The notes: a model not told the origin generated them from the sequence alone. Shown: positions 1 through 8,084, numbered from the stretch's first letter. The stretch is DNA of 56,559 bases from Minisyncoccota bacterium (GCA_018062965.1 JAGORG010000006.1:1-56559); one strand, 5' to 3'. Numbers and translations are program-made.

Positions 1-8
1 AGTACACA
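1..8 (+). repeat. 3' end of a further copy of the 87-bp B repeat (window starts inside it)
   Basis: agtacaca matches the terminal ...cagtacaca of the B copy at 2390-2469. Confidence 0.4.
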
Positions 9-61
9 GATTAATTTAGGTATATAAATAAAGGAATTTTAGACGTACCAATCCGTATGAT

Positions 62-75
62 GGAACTGATATACT
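62..75 (+). promoter_or_regulatory. cassette promoter motif GGAACTGATATACT (extended -10 TGnTATACT)
   Basis: The same motif recurs at 977-990, 1558-1572, 1987-2001, 2703-2717 and 3911-3928. The TATACT box ends 9 nt before ATG 85. Confidence 0.6.
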
Positions 76-84
76 TATAGATAT

Positions 85-849
85 ATGGGAAAATTCGACC
101 CAAAGATATATGAACGAGATGTGTACGAAGAACCTATCTACTCTTCTTGGCTGAAATATACCAACCAGAGAGACTTGCTAGAACTGTTTTTAACAGAAAA
201 CTTTCATAAGTGGTGCAAGACAAACCCTATTTCAATTCTGGAACTAGGATGTGGTTCAGGTTCAGCCGCCCAGAGGATATTTTCTATTCTAGAAAAAAAC
301 AAAATCTCATATTCCTACCTTGGTGTTGACCCATATCAGGACCAGTTGAATAGATGGCCACAGGCTCTAGTAGAAAAAAGTAATATAACTCTTATGCAGG
401 GTACTGTTGAAAGTTTTATACCAAAACAGAAATTCGACCTTATTCTGATTATTCATGCTTTGTATTATGTTGATGATTTACCTGAAACGCTTATTAAAGT
501 CAACTCACTAGGAACGACAAAGCTCATCGTTCACCATGGGGAATTTGGTATCAATGAAGTGCAAGAAAAATTTCGTTCGTATGTAAAATCGGGCCCAAAT
601 ATCATTAGTACTTACCACGATGTGAAGCGTGTTCTTGATTCGGTGAATATACCGTATGAGCTTAATGTCGTTGATACGAAAGTAGACATACGGCCGTGTC
701 ATGATTTGAAAAACAAGGATGGCACTAATCTTATAAAGTTTTTTCTCGAGCACTCCGAGTTACCAGAAGAAACCCTTACACAAGTCAGTGCTTTCTTAAA
801 AAATAAAGGGGATATCATTAAGCAAGATGATGGATACTTCTTTATCTAA
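85..849 (+). CDS. class I SAM-dependent methyltransferase
   Basis: 254-aa ORF with motif I ILELGCGSGSAA and a later FDLILIIHALYY motif-II-like segment. Confidence 0.75.
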   Translation: MGKFDPKIYERDVYEEPIYSSWLKYTNQRDLLELFLTENFHKWCKTNPISILELGCGSGSAAQRIFSILEKNKISYSYLGVDPYQDQLNRWPQALVEKSNITLMQGTVESFIPKQKFDLILIIHALYYVDDLPETLIKVNSLGTTKLIVHHGEFGINEVQEKFRSYVKSGPNIISTYHDVKRVLDSVNIPYELNVVDTKVDIRPCHDLKNKDGTNLIKFFLEHSELPEETLTQVSAFLKNKGDIIKQDDGYFFI

Positions 850-863
850 ACTTAGGTAATACA

Positions 864-999
864 GTTCTAATCCTCTCCACCACCGCACACCAATCAATAT
901 AAACTAAAAATCCCCTTGTGAAAGAGGGGGGGTAGTTCCAATCTCTGTCTATCCAATCGAGAAAATTGGTGAGGTTGGAACTGCTATACTATTTGATAT
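864..999 (+). repeat. A-type intergenic module copy 1 (GTTCTAATCC core, hairpin, promoter)
   Basis: Contains GTTCTAATCCTCTCCACCACCGCACACCAAT, then the hairpin aaaaatcccctt/aagagggg, then GGAACTGCTATACT. Alignable with 1872-2010 and 3826-3931. Confidence 0.7.
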
Positions 1000-1392
1000 A
1001 TGAAAACAATTTTAGTAGATGCTGTAGATGCATTTGTGATTGAAGGTGAGGGTATTTATAATCCAATGTATGATTTGCTTGAATCGTATCCAAATGTAAA
1101 GATTATTTTGACTGGAGCGAATGATTCACAAATTGAACAATTTGGTCTTACGAATATGCCGTACGAGTTATTTACACTCAAGCATAATCCTGAAAAAACA
1201 GATCCTTCATACTACCAAAAAATGTTAGAGCAGTTTAATCTAAGTAAAGATGATGTAATATATTTTGAACATAATCCAAAAGCAGTAGAGAGTGCTCGGT
1301 CTGTAGGAATAAATACTTATCACTATGATTTCGAAAAGAAAGATTTAGTTCAGCTCAAAAAGTTTTTAGATGACAATATTAATACAGTGTAA
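1000..1392 (+). CDS. HAD-superfamily hydrolase-like protein
   Basis: 130-aa ORF with N-terminal ILVDAVD (DxD-like) and C-terminal VIYFEHNPKAVESARSVGI resembling HAD motifs. Confidence 0.55.
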   Translation: MKTILVDAVDAFVIEGEGIYNPMYDLLESYPNVKIILTGANDSQIEQFGLTNMPYELFTLKHNPEKTDPSYYQKMLEQFNLSKDDVIYFEHNPKAVESARSVGINTYHYDFEKKDLVQLKKFLDDNINTV

Positions 1393-1420
1393 ACACGAGT
1401 AGGGTAATTATCTTTAGCTC

Positions 1421-1507
1421 ATCTGAGTTCTAATCCCGCACCTAAAGGTATTGCTAAAACATAGTCGCAAAGCTCCTTGTTTTGAGGGAATCTACGATAG
1501 TACACCA
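1421..1507 (+). repeat. B repeat copy 1 (87 bp)
   Basis: atctgaGTTCTAATCCCGCACCTAAAGG...GGGAATCTACGATAGTACACCA. At most 2 mismatches to the copies at 3701-3787 and 4827-4913. Confidence 0.9.
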
Positions 1508-1557
1508 CGAATTAGAGTAATAAAATCAAGGCATACTTACTGCAACCTTTAGAGACT

Positions 1558-1572
1558 TAGAACTGATATACT
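1558..1572 (+). promoter_or_regulatory. cassette promoter motif TAGAACTGATATACT
   Basis: Shared motif. ATG 1576 lies 3 nt and ATG 1582 lies 9 nt after the TATACT box. Confidence 0.55.
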
Positions 1573-1575
1573 AAA

Positions 1576-1872
1576 ATGATTATGTCATTAGAAATGCCAA
1601 ACCAGAATCCGTTATCAGTGAAGGAAAAGTTAATAGCAAAAGCTGACAAGGAAGGATTTGTTTCAATTGGAGATTTTGCAACTCAAGAATTAAAAAGACA
1701 ATCAAAAAGTATAGCTGCATTTTTGGATGGCGATGAAGGAATACAACCAGAAATAAATTTTGGGGAAGGAATAAGATTTAAAGGATCTTCAGGAAATTAT
1801 TCAGATATGAAAGTGCATGTTGACGATCTGGAGGAATTTATAAAACGTGTGCGTGATTATTACGGAAACTAG
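1576..1872 (+). CDS. hypothetical protein (cassette gene)
   Basis: 98-aa ORF. Its stop codon TAG overlaps the next GTTCTAATCC core. The start may be the second ATG at 1582. Confidence 0.6.
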   Translation: MIMSLEMPNQNPLSVKEKLIAKADKEGFVSIGDFATQELKRQSKSIAAFLDGDEGIQPEINFGEGIRFKGSSGNYSDMKVHVDDLEEFIKRVRDYYGN

Positions 1873-2010
1873 TTCTAATCCTCTCCACCACAGCACACCA
1901 ATTCATAAATACTAAAAATCTCCTTATGAAAGAGGGGATTTTTAGTTCTAACATTTTGGTACCCTTTAGCGAATTACAGGGGAGGTTTGAACTGATATAC
2001 TGTTTAGTAT
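1872..2010 (+). repeat. A-type intergenic module copy 2
   Basis: Contains GTTCTAATCCTCTCCACCACAGCACACCAAT, the hairpin aaaaatctcctt-atga-aagaggggattttt, and TTGAACTGATATACT. Confidence 0.7.
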
Positions 2011-2379
2011 ATGAAAATGGAAAATACGGCTGAGTAAAATTTACCAAATTTAGAAAGTGTTAAACTAGAAGCTTTTTTGAATAGCAAGGAAGTCAGTACT
2101 ATTTTAGCTGAAGGATCTGGAAATATAGATGGTGAATCTATAAGAAAAAAGCTCATTGAGTTGTTTAAAGGTTCAGAAGAAATTGGATTTCACAAAAAAC
2201 TTGTACGTAGCTGTGGTTCTTTAAAGGAATGGTTAATGAGTGTTGATCCAGAAAATAAAAGTACAGTTGATGAGTTTTGGTTAGAGATAGCATCACTTGC
2301 TACAACAAATGCCTTAGAAGATGACAGAGTTCCAGAAGGTTACAGTCCTAATGTAATTGAGCTAAAGAATTTTCGTTGA
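2011..2379 (+). pseudogene. cassette gene interrupted by an in-frame TAA (codon 9); the remainder is the 100-aa ORF from TTG 2077
   Basis: ATG 2011 sits the usual 9 nt after TATACT. It is in frame with ORF 2077-2379, with a single TAA at 2035-2037. Confidence 0.45.
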
Positions 2380-2389
2380 AGCAATTATG

Positions 2390-2469
2390 GTTCTAATCCC
2401 GCACCTAAAGGTATTGCTAAAACATAGTCGCAAAGCTCCTTGTTTTGAGGGAATCTACGACAGTACACA
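2390..2469 (+). repeat. B repeat copy 2 (lacks the first 6 nt; ends CACAC)
   Basis: Identical to the other copies across GTTCTAATCCCGCACC...CGACAGTACAC. Confidence 0.9.
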
Positions 2470-2481
2470 CAGTATTTTGAG

Positions 2482-2501
2482 AAAACCCCGAAAGGGGTTT
2501 T
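2482..2501. terminator. hairpin aaaacccc-gaaa-ggggtttt (usable on either strand)
   Basis: Perfect 8-bp stem flanked by A and T runs. Confidence 0.6.
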
Positions 2502-2504
2502 CTT

Positions 2505-2638
2505 GTGTGCCTATCGAGATTCGAACCGAGAGGAAAAACGGGTTTAGTTTTCCCGTGGCGGAAGAATGGAAACCGAAGGATTTCCAAACCGAGAGTGAGC
2601 GAAGTGAACGAAGGTTGTAAGATTCTCGATAGGCACAC
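2505..2638. other. 134-nt element closed by a 15-bp perfect inverted repeat; tRNA-like fragments; possible structured RNA
   Basis: gtgtgcctatcgaga (2505-2519) pairs with tctcgataggcacac (2624-2638). Internal small hairpins cggg..cccg and ggaaa..tttcc. Contains TTCGAA(C/T)C T-loop-like strings. Confidence 0.5.
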
Positions 2639-2702
2639 CAACCGAGAACATCAATAAAGTCAACGGTTATTTTCTATACTCTATTGAGAAAAAGTTTAAG
2701 GT

Positions 2703-2717
2703 AGGAACTGGTATACT
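2703..2717 (+). promoter_or_regulatory. cassette promoter motif AGGAACTGGTATACT
   Basis: Shared motif, 21 nt upstream of ATG 2739. Confidence 0.55.
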
Positions 2718-2738
2718 TAATAATATAACAATATATTT

Positions 2739-3686
2739 ATGAACAAAGCACCAGGAATGTCGGTAGGTTCTCAAGAAACGATTTCATTGTTTGAGCAGGA
2801 AAAAATGCTTAAAGGAATTACAGATCTCGTGGCAGAAATAAAGGTCCACAATGATAATCATGGTGTTGGCGCCATGTTGGGGAAGGCTCTCGCAGGAGTA
2901 ATAGTTCATGATATAAAACCACAAGAAGGAGAAGAGAACAAATCTACTGAGGATGTGGTCAGAGGTGTTCAGTCAGAAATAGAGGCTGGTGGTCATGCGG
3001 GTCTAGTTGCACTCAAGTCTCGCAACGAATCAACCCTAAAAGAATTCGGACTCTCTTTAGACCATCAACGTTCACACTACGACCCCAATGAATCTCTGGA
3101 TACTATTGTGTTTAAAGTGGTTGACGTCAAAAAGTTTATAAGTAGTATTGAGATGTTAAAACATGCTATTAAGGCAGAATCTATCGATGCTGTTTTTAAG
3201 ACAGTACTTGAAAATCTTTTAGAGCAAGTATATTTTACAAACCAAGAAGATGTATTAGACGCTGGAGGAAATATTAATTCCAATCTCACAGATATTTCAA
3301 AAGCATTTCATGACGCCCTCCCTGGTATGGATCTTATAAGGTTGGACACCTATGCAAAATTTAAAGGAGAGGGTCGCCTTAAAAATTATATTGCGGTAGA
3401 AAAAGAAAACCTTTGGGCGGAACCAGGGAAAAATTTCGGCCCCGCAGATTGGGTCAGAGATATTTCACCTGAAGGTCTTGAGAAAAAGTGGGATCATGCG
3501 CTGGGTGTGCTTAGTGTCCAGGATCTTGAGAAAGAGCGAGGAGTTGCTCCTGAACTACGAGAACATTTACTCAAATGTATTACTTCAGCGTTTGAAACAA
3601 GTAAATCTTCTCCATGGGCGGCAGAGTTCGAACCAATCTTAATAAAATACACTCAAAAGATTGTAGGTAATAACTCACTTAACTAA
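2739..3686 (+). CDS. hypothetical protein (cassette gene)
   Basis: 315-aa ORF with no motif I recognise, bounded by B copies. Confidence 0.7.
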   Translation: MNKAPGMSVGSQETISLFEQEKMLKGITDLVAEIKVHNDNHGVGAMLGKALAGVIVHDIKPQEGEENKSTEDVVRGVQSEIEAGGHAGLVALKSRNESTLKEFGLSLDHQRSHYDPNESLDTIVFKVVDVKKFISSIEMLKHAIKAESIDAVFKTVLENLLEQVYFTNQEDVLDAGGNINSNLTDISKAFHDALPGMDLIRLDTYAKFKGEGRLKNYIAVEKENLWAEPGKNFGPADWVRDISPEGLEKKWDHALGVLSVQDLEKERGVAPELREHLLKCITSAFETSKSSPWAAEFEPILIKYTQKIVGNNSLN

Positions 3687-3700
3687 ACACTCTTTTGTTC

Positions 3701-3787
3701 ATCTGAGTTCTAATCCCGCACCTAAAGGTATTGCTAAAACATAGTCGCAAAGCTCCTTGTTTTGAGGGAATCTACGACGGTACACCA
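3701..3787 (+). repeat. B repeat copy 3 (87 bp)
   Basis: Differs from copy 1 only within cgaCGg versus cgaTAg. Confidence 0.9.
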
Positions 3788-3825
3788 CTTCACAAAGATT
3801 ACTTTGCTTCGCGGTGTACGCATCA

Positions 3826-3931
3826 ATCAATAATAACTAAAAATCTCCTTTTAAACGGGGGATTTTTAGTTCTCACATTTAGTAACCCAATCGGGAATTA
3901 CATGTAAGGTTGGAACTGGTATCATACTCTG
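3826..3931 (+). repeat. A-type module copy 3 (lacks the GTTCTAATCC head)
   Basis: atcaatcaataataactaaaaatctcc...gggggatttttagttctcacattt...ggttggaactggtatcatact aligns with A1 and A2. Confidence 0.6.
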
Positions 3932-4783
3932 ATGACTTCATGGATGTTTTATGCAGTTTTTGGAATGTTGCAGAGCGGACTTTTAATGGCTCTCTTTAAA
4001 GTTCCAGCAGCAAAACAAATCAATAAGTACAGTTTGTCTGCTTGGGCATATTTATTTGCAATGCTTATTGCTGGCTATGTGTTACGTGGATATATTGTAT
4101 TTGATATACGGGCAATCATTTTTTCATTTGTATGGGGAACTAGTTTTGCAATCCTTAGTATTACCCAGATGCATGTACTTCATAAACATGATACTAGTGG
4201 CGTATTTCCTTTCACAAGTTTAGCTTCAAATGTTTTTGTTGTTATTGGTGGGGTGTTTTTCTTGAATAATTCTATCTCACTACTTCAGTGGGTTGCTATC
4301 ATGTTGTCAGTTTTTTTATTTATCGGAGCACACTGGGGCAGTAAGAAGACTTTCATTATTGAGATATTACCCTCATTCATGTTTATTGCACTGCTTTCTA
4401 CATTTAATAAGTTTGTACAAAATGCCGGAGCTAATCATGTAGAGGTTAATAATTTTATTTTTTGGCAACTCGTATTTGCTTTTATCTCATCACTTGTAAT
4501 GCTTTTCTTTGTAAAAAAGCAGATTTCACTTAATGACCTTGTTCATAGACATCTTATTGGTTGGGCATTTCTTATTGGGGTTCTTCAATTTGGAAACACG
4601 TATGCAGTTGTAAAAGCTCTTTCACTCGGTCCAATTTCCCTCGTATTTATTGTGCTTGGGCTGTATACATTTTTTACTACGATATTTGCCTCACTACTTT
4701 TTAAAGAAAAAATAACTACTAAAAAAATTGTTTTTATCACCTTATCATTTTTGGTTGTGCTTCTTATTAAGTTGGGTAACTAA
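3932..4783 (+). CDS. multi-pass membrane protein, DMT/EamA-like transporter (tentative)
   Basis: 283-aa ORF, roughly ten hydrophobic segments in two halves. Confidence 0.5.
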   Translation: MTSWMFYAVFGMLQSGLLMALFKVPAAKQINKYSLSAWAYLFAMLIAGYVLRGYIVFDIRAIIFSFVWGTSFAILSITQMHVLHKHDTSGVFPFTSLASNVFVVIGGVFFLNNSISLLQWVAIMLSVFLFIGAHWGSKKTFIIEILPSFMFIALLSTFNKFVQNAGANHVEVNNFIFWQLVFAFISSLVMLFFVKKQISLNDLVHRHLIGWAFLIGVLQFGNTYAVVKALSLGPISLVFIVLGLYTFFTTIFASLLFKEKITTKKIVFITLSFLVVLLIKLGN

Positions 4784-4826
4784 ATAATTTAATCTAAAAA
4801 CTAGTAGGGTGAATTGTTTTCTACCT

Positions 4827-4913
4827 ATCTGAGTTCTAATCCCGCACCTAAAGGTATTGCTAAAACATAGTCGCAAAGCTCCTTGTTTTGAGGGAATCTA
4901 CGACAGTACACCA
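4827..4913 (+). repeat. B repeat copy 4 (87 bp)
   Basis: Near-identical to copies 1 and 3. Its 3' end CACCA abuts the methyltransferase fragment. Confidence 0.9.
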
Positions 4914-5255
4914 AAAGATTCTTTTGATTTTATTTACGGCAAGTCTATAGCTTTTGTTCCACGTGGAGATATTGAAGTCTTTTTACAACGATTGAGAGAG
5001 TCTTTAAAACAAAACGGTTTACTATGTGCAGTCTTTTCTGGAGAAGGTGACACATGGCGACCATATGCTTACTCTAGAGAAGAACTCGAAGAGCTTTTTG
5101 TAAAAAGTGGTTTTCTGCTAACTAACTATAAAGCTATACAAGAAGCAAGAGATGCTTTAGATGGCAAGGTGGGGACAGCGCACGAGCTTCTTATTCTTGC
5201 ACGAAGAGATGATACAGACTCCCTAATATTTACGTTTCCTGAAGAAGAAAAGTAA
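4914..5255 (+). pseudogene. 3' fragment of a SAM-dependent methyltransferase gene (motif II onward)
   Basis: Translation DSFDFIYGKSIAFVPRGDIEVFLQRLRESLKQNGLL... resembles a class I MTase from motif II. No motif I is present. The apparent N-terminus of ORF 4857-5255 is read from the B repeat. Confidence 0.55.
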
Positions 5256-5319
5256 CTGGCGTTCTTTTAAAAGAATACGTTTATCGAATCTCTGTTTTTA
5301 TTGGTGATATACTTATACT

Positions 5320-5949
5320 ATGAAAATAGCGCTATATGTTGGTGTAGTTATTGCAATTATTATTGTGTGGTCACTATACGGGTACTTTACTTCTCGTGTA
5401 GAACAAACACCATACACGGTAACCAAAAAAACTGATACGTATGAAATACGGCAGTACCCAAGTCATTTAGTTGCTCAGACAACTGTTAGTGGTTCATACA
5501 AGGATTCGCTCAACGAGGGCTTTAGTATTGTGGCGGGGTATATCTTTGGTGCCAATATCCAGAAGCAAAAAATAGCAATGACATCTCCTGTAGTTGCAAC
5601 TGACGAAGGATCAGAAAAAATAGCAATGACTGCACCGGTTCTTGCAACGGATAATCAGGGTAGTACAACAATAGCGTTCGGTATGCCTCAGTCTTATACA
5701 GAGGAAACTCTTCCAACACCAACGGACTCACGGGTACGTGTTGTGCGTGTTCCTGAGACAACATTCGCTGTTATAAGTTCTACTGGATATAGAACTGATG
5801 CTCGCCTCAAGCGCATGGAAACCACATTACGAGAAGCTCTTGTCCAAGACGGCGTTCAAGCAAATGGAAAAGTTTCATACGCTGGATATAATGCACCAGG
5901 TACACCACCATGGATGACACGTAATGAAATCCTCATTGAACTCAAGTAG
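5320..5949 (+). CDS. SOUL heme-binding family protein with N-terminal membrane anchor
   Basis: YEIRQYP...GFSIVAGYIFGANIQKQKIAMTSPV...IAMTAPV pattern typical of the SOUL/HEBP family. Confidence 0.65.
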   Translation: MKIALYVGVVIAIIIVWSLYGYFTSRVEQTPYTVTKKTDTYEIRQYPSHLVAQTTVSGSYKDSLNEGFSIVAGYIFGANIQKQKIAMTSPVVATDEGSEKIAMTAPVLATDNQGSTTIAFGMPQSYTEETLPTPTDSRVRVVRVPETTFAVISSTGYRTDARLKRMETTLREALVQDGVQANGKVSYAGYNAPGTPPWMTRNEILIELK

Positions 5950-5954
5950 TCTAT

Positions 5955-6353
5955 ATGGTTTCATCTTCTCAAATCCCACACTTTCATCTGAAAGATCAAC
6001 CAAAACTCGTTAAAGAGGGAGTGTTTCTGTTGGATGGAGAAGTGTGGAGCACGCAAAAAAGAATTGCGCGTATCTACGGACGAAGTATTCCAACTATCAA
6101 TGACCACCTCAAAAAAATTTATCGAGAAAAAGAACTTATCAAATCTGCAAGTGAGATAGCTGTGATGGTTACACAAAAAGAGGGCAAGAAAGAAGTTACA
6201 CGAAAGATTTTTGTATACAATACAGACGCTGTGATAGCAATTGGTTTCCGCGTAACAGGTGAGTGGGGGAAGGAGTTTCGTGTATGGGCTCGGGATATTG
6301 TTCGAGGAAGTTACGATCCAAAAGAACAGATACGTCATCTCATCGCACGCTAG
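5955..6353 (+). CDS. RhuM-family protein, short (N-terminal region only)
   Basis: VWSTQKRIARIYGRSIPTINDHLKKIY...YNTDAVIAIGFRV...FRVWA resembles the RhuM N-terminal domain. Confidence 0.55.
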   Translation: MVSSSQIPHFHLKDQPKLVKEGVFLLDGEVWSTQKRIARIYGRSIPTINDHLKKIYREKELIKSASEIAVMVTQKEGKKEVTRKIFVYNTDAVIAIGFRVTGEWGKEFRVWARDIVRGSYDPKEQIRHLIAR

Positions 6354-7921
6354 TGCGTACGTAGTTGATGTTTTATTGAAGGAGCGCTATAGGCTTTTTT
6401 GGATGGAGCAAGTAGTGCGTGTGGGTCACAGATACGTCGCAGTTCTCCAAAGAGTGTTTGTAGTGGTTGAGAAAAGTGCAGCTTTGCATAGTCTGTGCGT
6501 GTTACACCATCGCCGTTACCTCCTGTGACGCTACCTTTATATTCTGCAATGTGTGAGTGTATGTAGGTTTGTATTGTGTTTAGTTTCACACCAGTAGTGT
6601 CTCCTTGTTTGTCATGTAAAAATATAACAGAAACGTGACCACTTGCTGGGTATCCTTGAATACTTCCTATGATACCCTCGGTTTCAAAATAGCTTGCAAT
6701 TGATTGTATATACGTAGAGATGTGCCCCTCTGGAAGAACACATGACTCATACATCATAATTGGTGTAAGGTAGCTTTGCCCATAGAGAGCAAGAGTATCT
6801 CGAGCGTGTGAAGAAATACGGGAAAGGGAATGGAACTCAGTATCTGTACATAGATGAGATGATACTCTGTGTCCCGTAAGTGAATGCACAAGTTCTTTTT
6901 GTAAAAGCTTTATTTTGTGCTCGTCTGTACCTTTGTGTGTTGCGACGAGTATGTAACGGTGGGCTTCTTTTCCTTCCATAATAGGTGCAAGTACAGTAAC
7001 AGTTGTTGGGTCTGCGTACGAAACCAAAGATGTGTCCACCAAAAATAATTCATCGACATGATGTTGTTTGTAGATTTGAGTTGTGTCTTCTACGGTATCT
7101 GCATCAACATACGCAGCACAAGATACTGACACAGGTTTTTGAGGGGTGGTGCGTAATGTTATAGATGTCAGTATGCCGAGTGTCCCTTCGCTCCCAATAA
7201 AAATATCCATAAGTTGCCGAGGTCCAATAGCTTGGTTCCATACATTAAATCCGGACGTAGTGCGGATATTTTCTTCTTGAAATTTTTGAATAGCTTTGGT
7301 GTGGTGTTGGAGTAAAGGAAATAGTGACATGTATATTTCGAGAAGTCTGCCACTTGGAGTTATGCCGTCTGCTATATGATGCTCCTCTCCGTTATCTAGT
7401 AGTACGGTTATGCTTTTTACCCAAGACCCAATATCTCCGTGAGTAGATGTTGCAGCTGTCGATATGTTTGTTGAAACCGCTCCCCCAATAGTGCATGTAT
7501 GTTCTTTGTTTGTGAATACAGGAATATCCATGCCCCAGCCATGAAGGCGTTCACGTAGATGTTCTACGAGAGCTCCTGCTTCAGCTGTCACTGTATGATT
7601 ATGTATATCAACTGAAGACACACTGTTGAGATAGCGGTGCATGCATATCACTATTCCTGGAGATAAACTACCACCACCTGTGCCTTGATTATTTCCAGAA
7701 ATAGAAATTGGCATGCCGTGCTCTTTTGCAAAAGCAAGAACGTGTTTAATATCTCGAACTGATTTTGGAAACACAACAGCACGCGGCTTGATGATGACCT
7801 CTGACATGTCTGTGCTCCACGTTATTAGATCTTCTTGTGAACAAAGCACATCACCGAGTAGCACTTTTTGAAGTTCTGAAAACAAAGGTGGGAGTGCCGC
7901 AAGCCTAGAGTCCGTTGTCAT
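6350..7921 (-). CDS. FAD-binding oxidase/dehydrogenase (PCMH-type, GlcD-like)
   Basis: Long ORF with FAD_binding_4-like GNNQGTGGGS and TIGGAVSTN segments. ATG 7921 is preferred over the TTG at 7948. Confidence 0.75.
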   Translation of the reverse strand: MTTDSRLAALPPLFSELQKVLLGDVLCSQEDLITWSTDMSEVIIKPRAVVFPKSVRDIKHVLAFAKEHGMPISISGNNQGTGGGSLSPGIVICMHRYLNSVSSVDIHNHTVTAEAGALVEHLRERLHGWGMDIPVFTNKEHTCTIGGAVSTNISTAATSTHGDIGSWVKSITVLLDNGEEHHIADGITPSGRLLEIYMSLFPLLQHHTKAIQKFQEENIRTTSGFNVWNQAIGPRQLMDIFIGSEGTLGILTSITLRTTPQKPVSVSCAAYVDADTVEDTTQIYKQHHVDELFLVDTSLVSYADPTTVTVLAPIMEGKEAHRYILVATHKGTDEHKIKLLQKELVHSLTGHRVSSHLCTDTEFHSLSRISSHARDTLALYGQSYLTPIMMYESCVLPEGHISTYIQSIASYFETEGIIGSIQGYPASGHVSVIFLHDKQGDTTGVKLNTIQTYIHSHIAEYKGSVTGGNGDGVTRTDYAKLHFSQPLQTLFGELRRICDPHALLAPSKKAYSAPSIKHQLRTH

Positions 7922-8084
7922 AGATGCTTTTACCGTTGTAGTACACAAGAGCTACAATCGCGAGTATTCCAAGAAGAACCAAACCTATAAAAAATAGTCT
8001 TCGTAGCCAAGGGTAAAGATTTGTTGGTGCAGGGGATGAAACTGCGGTTTCTGATATTTGGGGTTGTGTAGGTAAGGTGTCCAT
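7905..8084 (-). CDS. small membrane protein (59 aa), overlaps the oxidase start by 17 nt
   Basis: ATG 8084 lies 7 nt after a TATACT box. One hydrophobic helix (LFFIGLVLLGILAIVALVYY). Too short to appear in the ORF track. Confidence 0.35.
   Translation of the reverse strand: MDTLPTQPQISETAVSSPAPTNLYPWLRRLFFIGLVLLGILAIVALVYYNGKSIYDNGL

Noticed and set aside
2390-2469. Mini-ORF (ATG TTT TAG) with AAGGAG on the minus strand of every B copy
   Set aside because: It codes only two residues. This is most likely a chance arrangement, and I have no supporting context.
2505-2638. Canonical or intron-containing tRNA gene
   Set aside because: A 7-bp acceptor-like pairing and TTCGAA strings exist. However, the would-be T stem is a direct rather than inverted repeat (CGAGA...CGAGA), and no D arm or anticodon arm can be drawn.
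2387-2641. Track ORFs 2387-2620 (+) and 2417-2641 (-) as genes
   Set aside because: They are read through the B repeat, a terminator hairpin and the long inverted repeat. The same repeat-derived peptide (LKHSRKAPCFEGIYDST) appears wherever the repeat occurs.
1421-4913. B repeats as a CRISPR array
   Set aside because: The repeats are 87 bp long and spaced about 450-1300 bp apart. The intervening DNA holds full genes with promoters. No cas genes are present.
864-4913. Repeats as classical integron attC sites
   Set aside because: The core GTTCTAA does not fit GTTRRRY. I found no RYYYAAC inverse core or imperfect palindrome. Each cassette carries its own promoter. No intI lies in the window. 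I kept only the looser cassette-array analogy.
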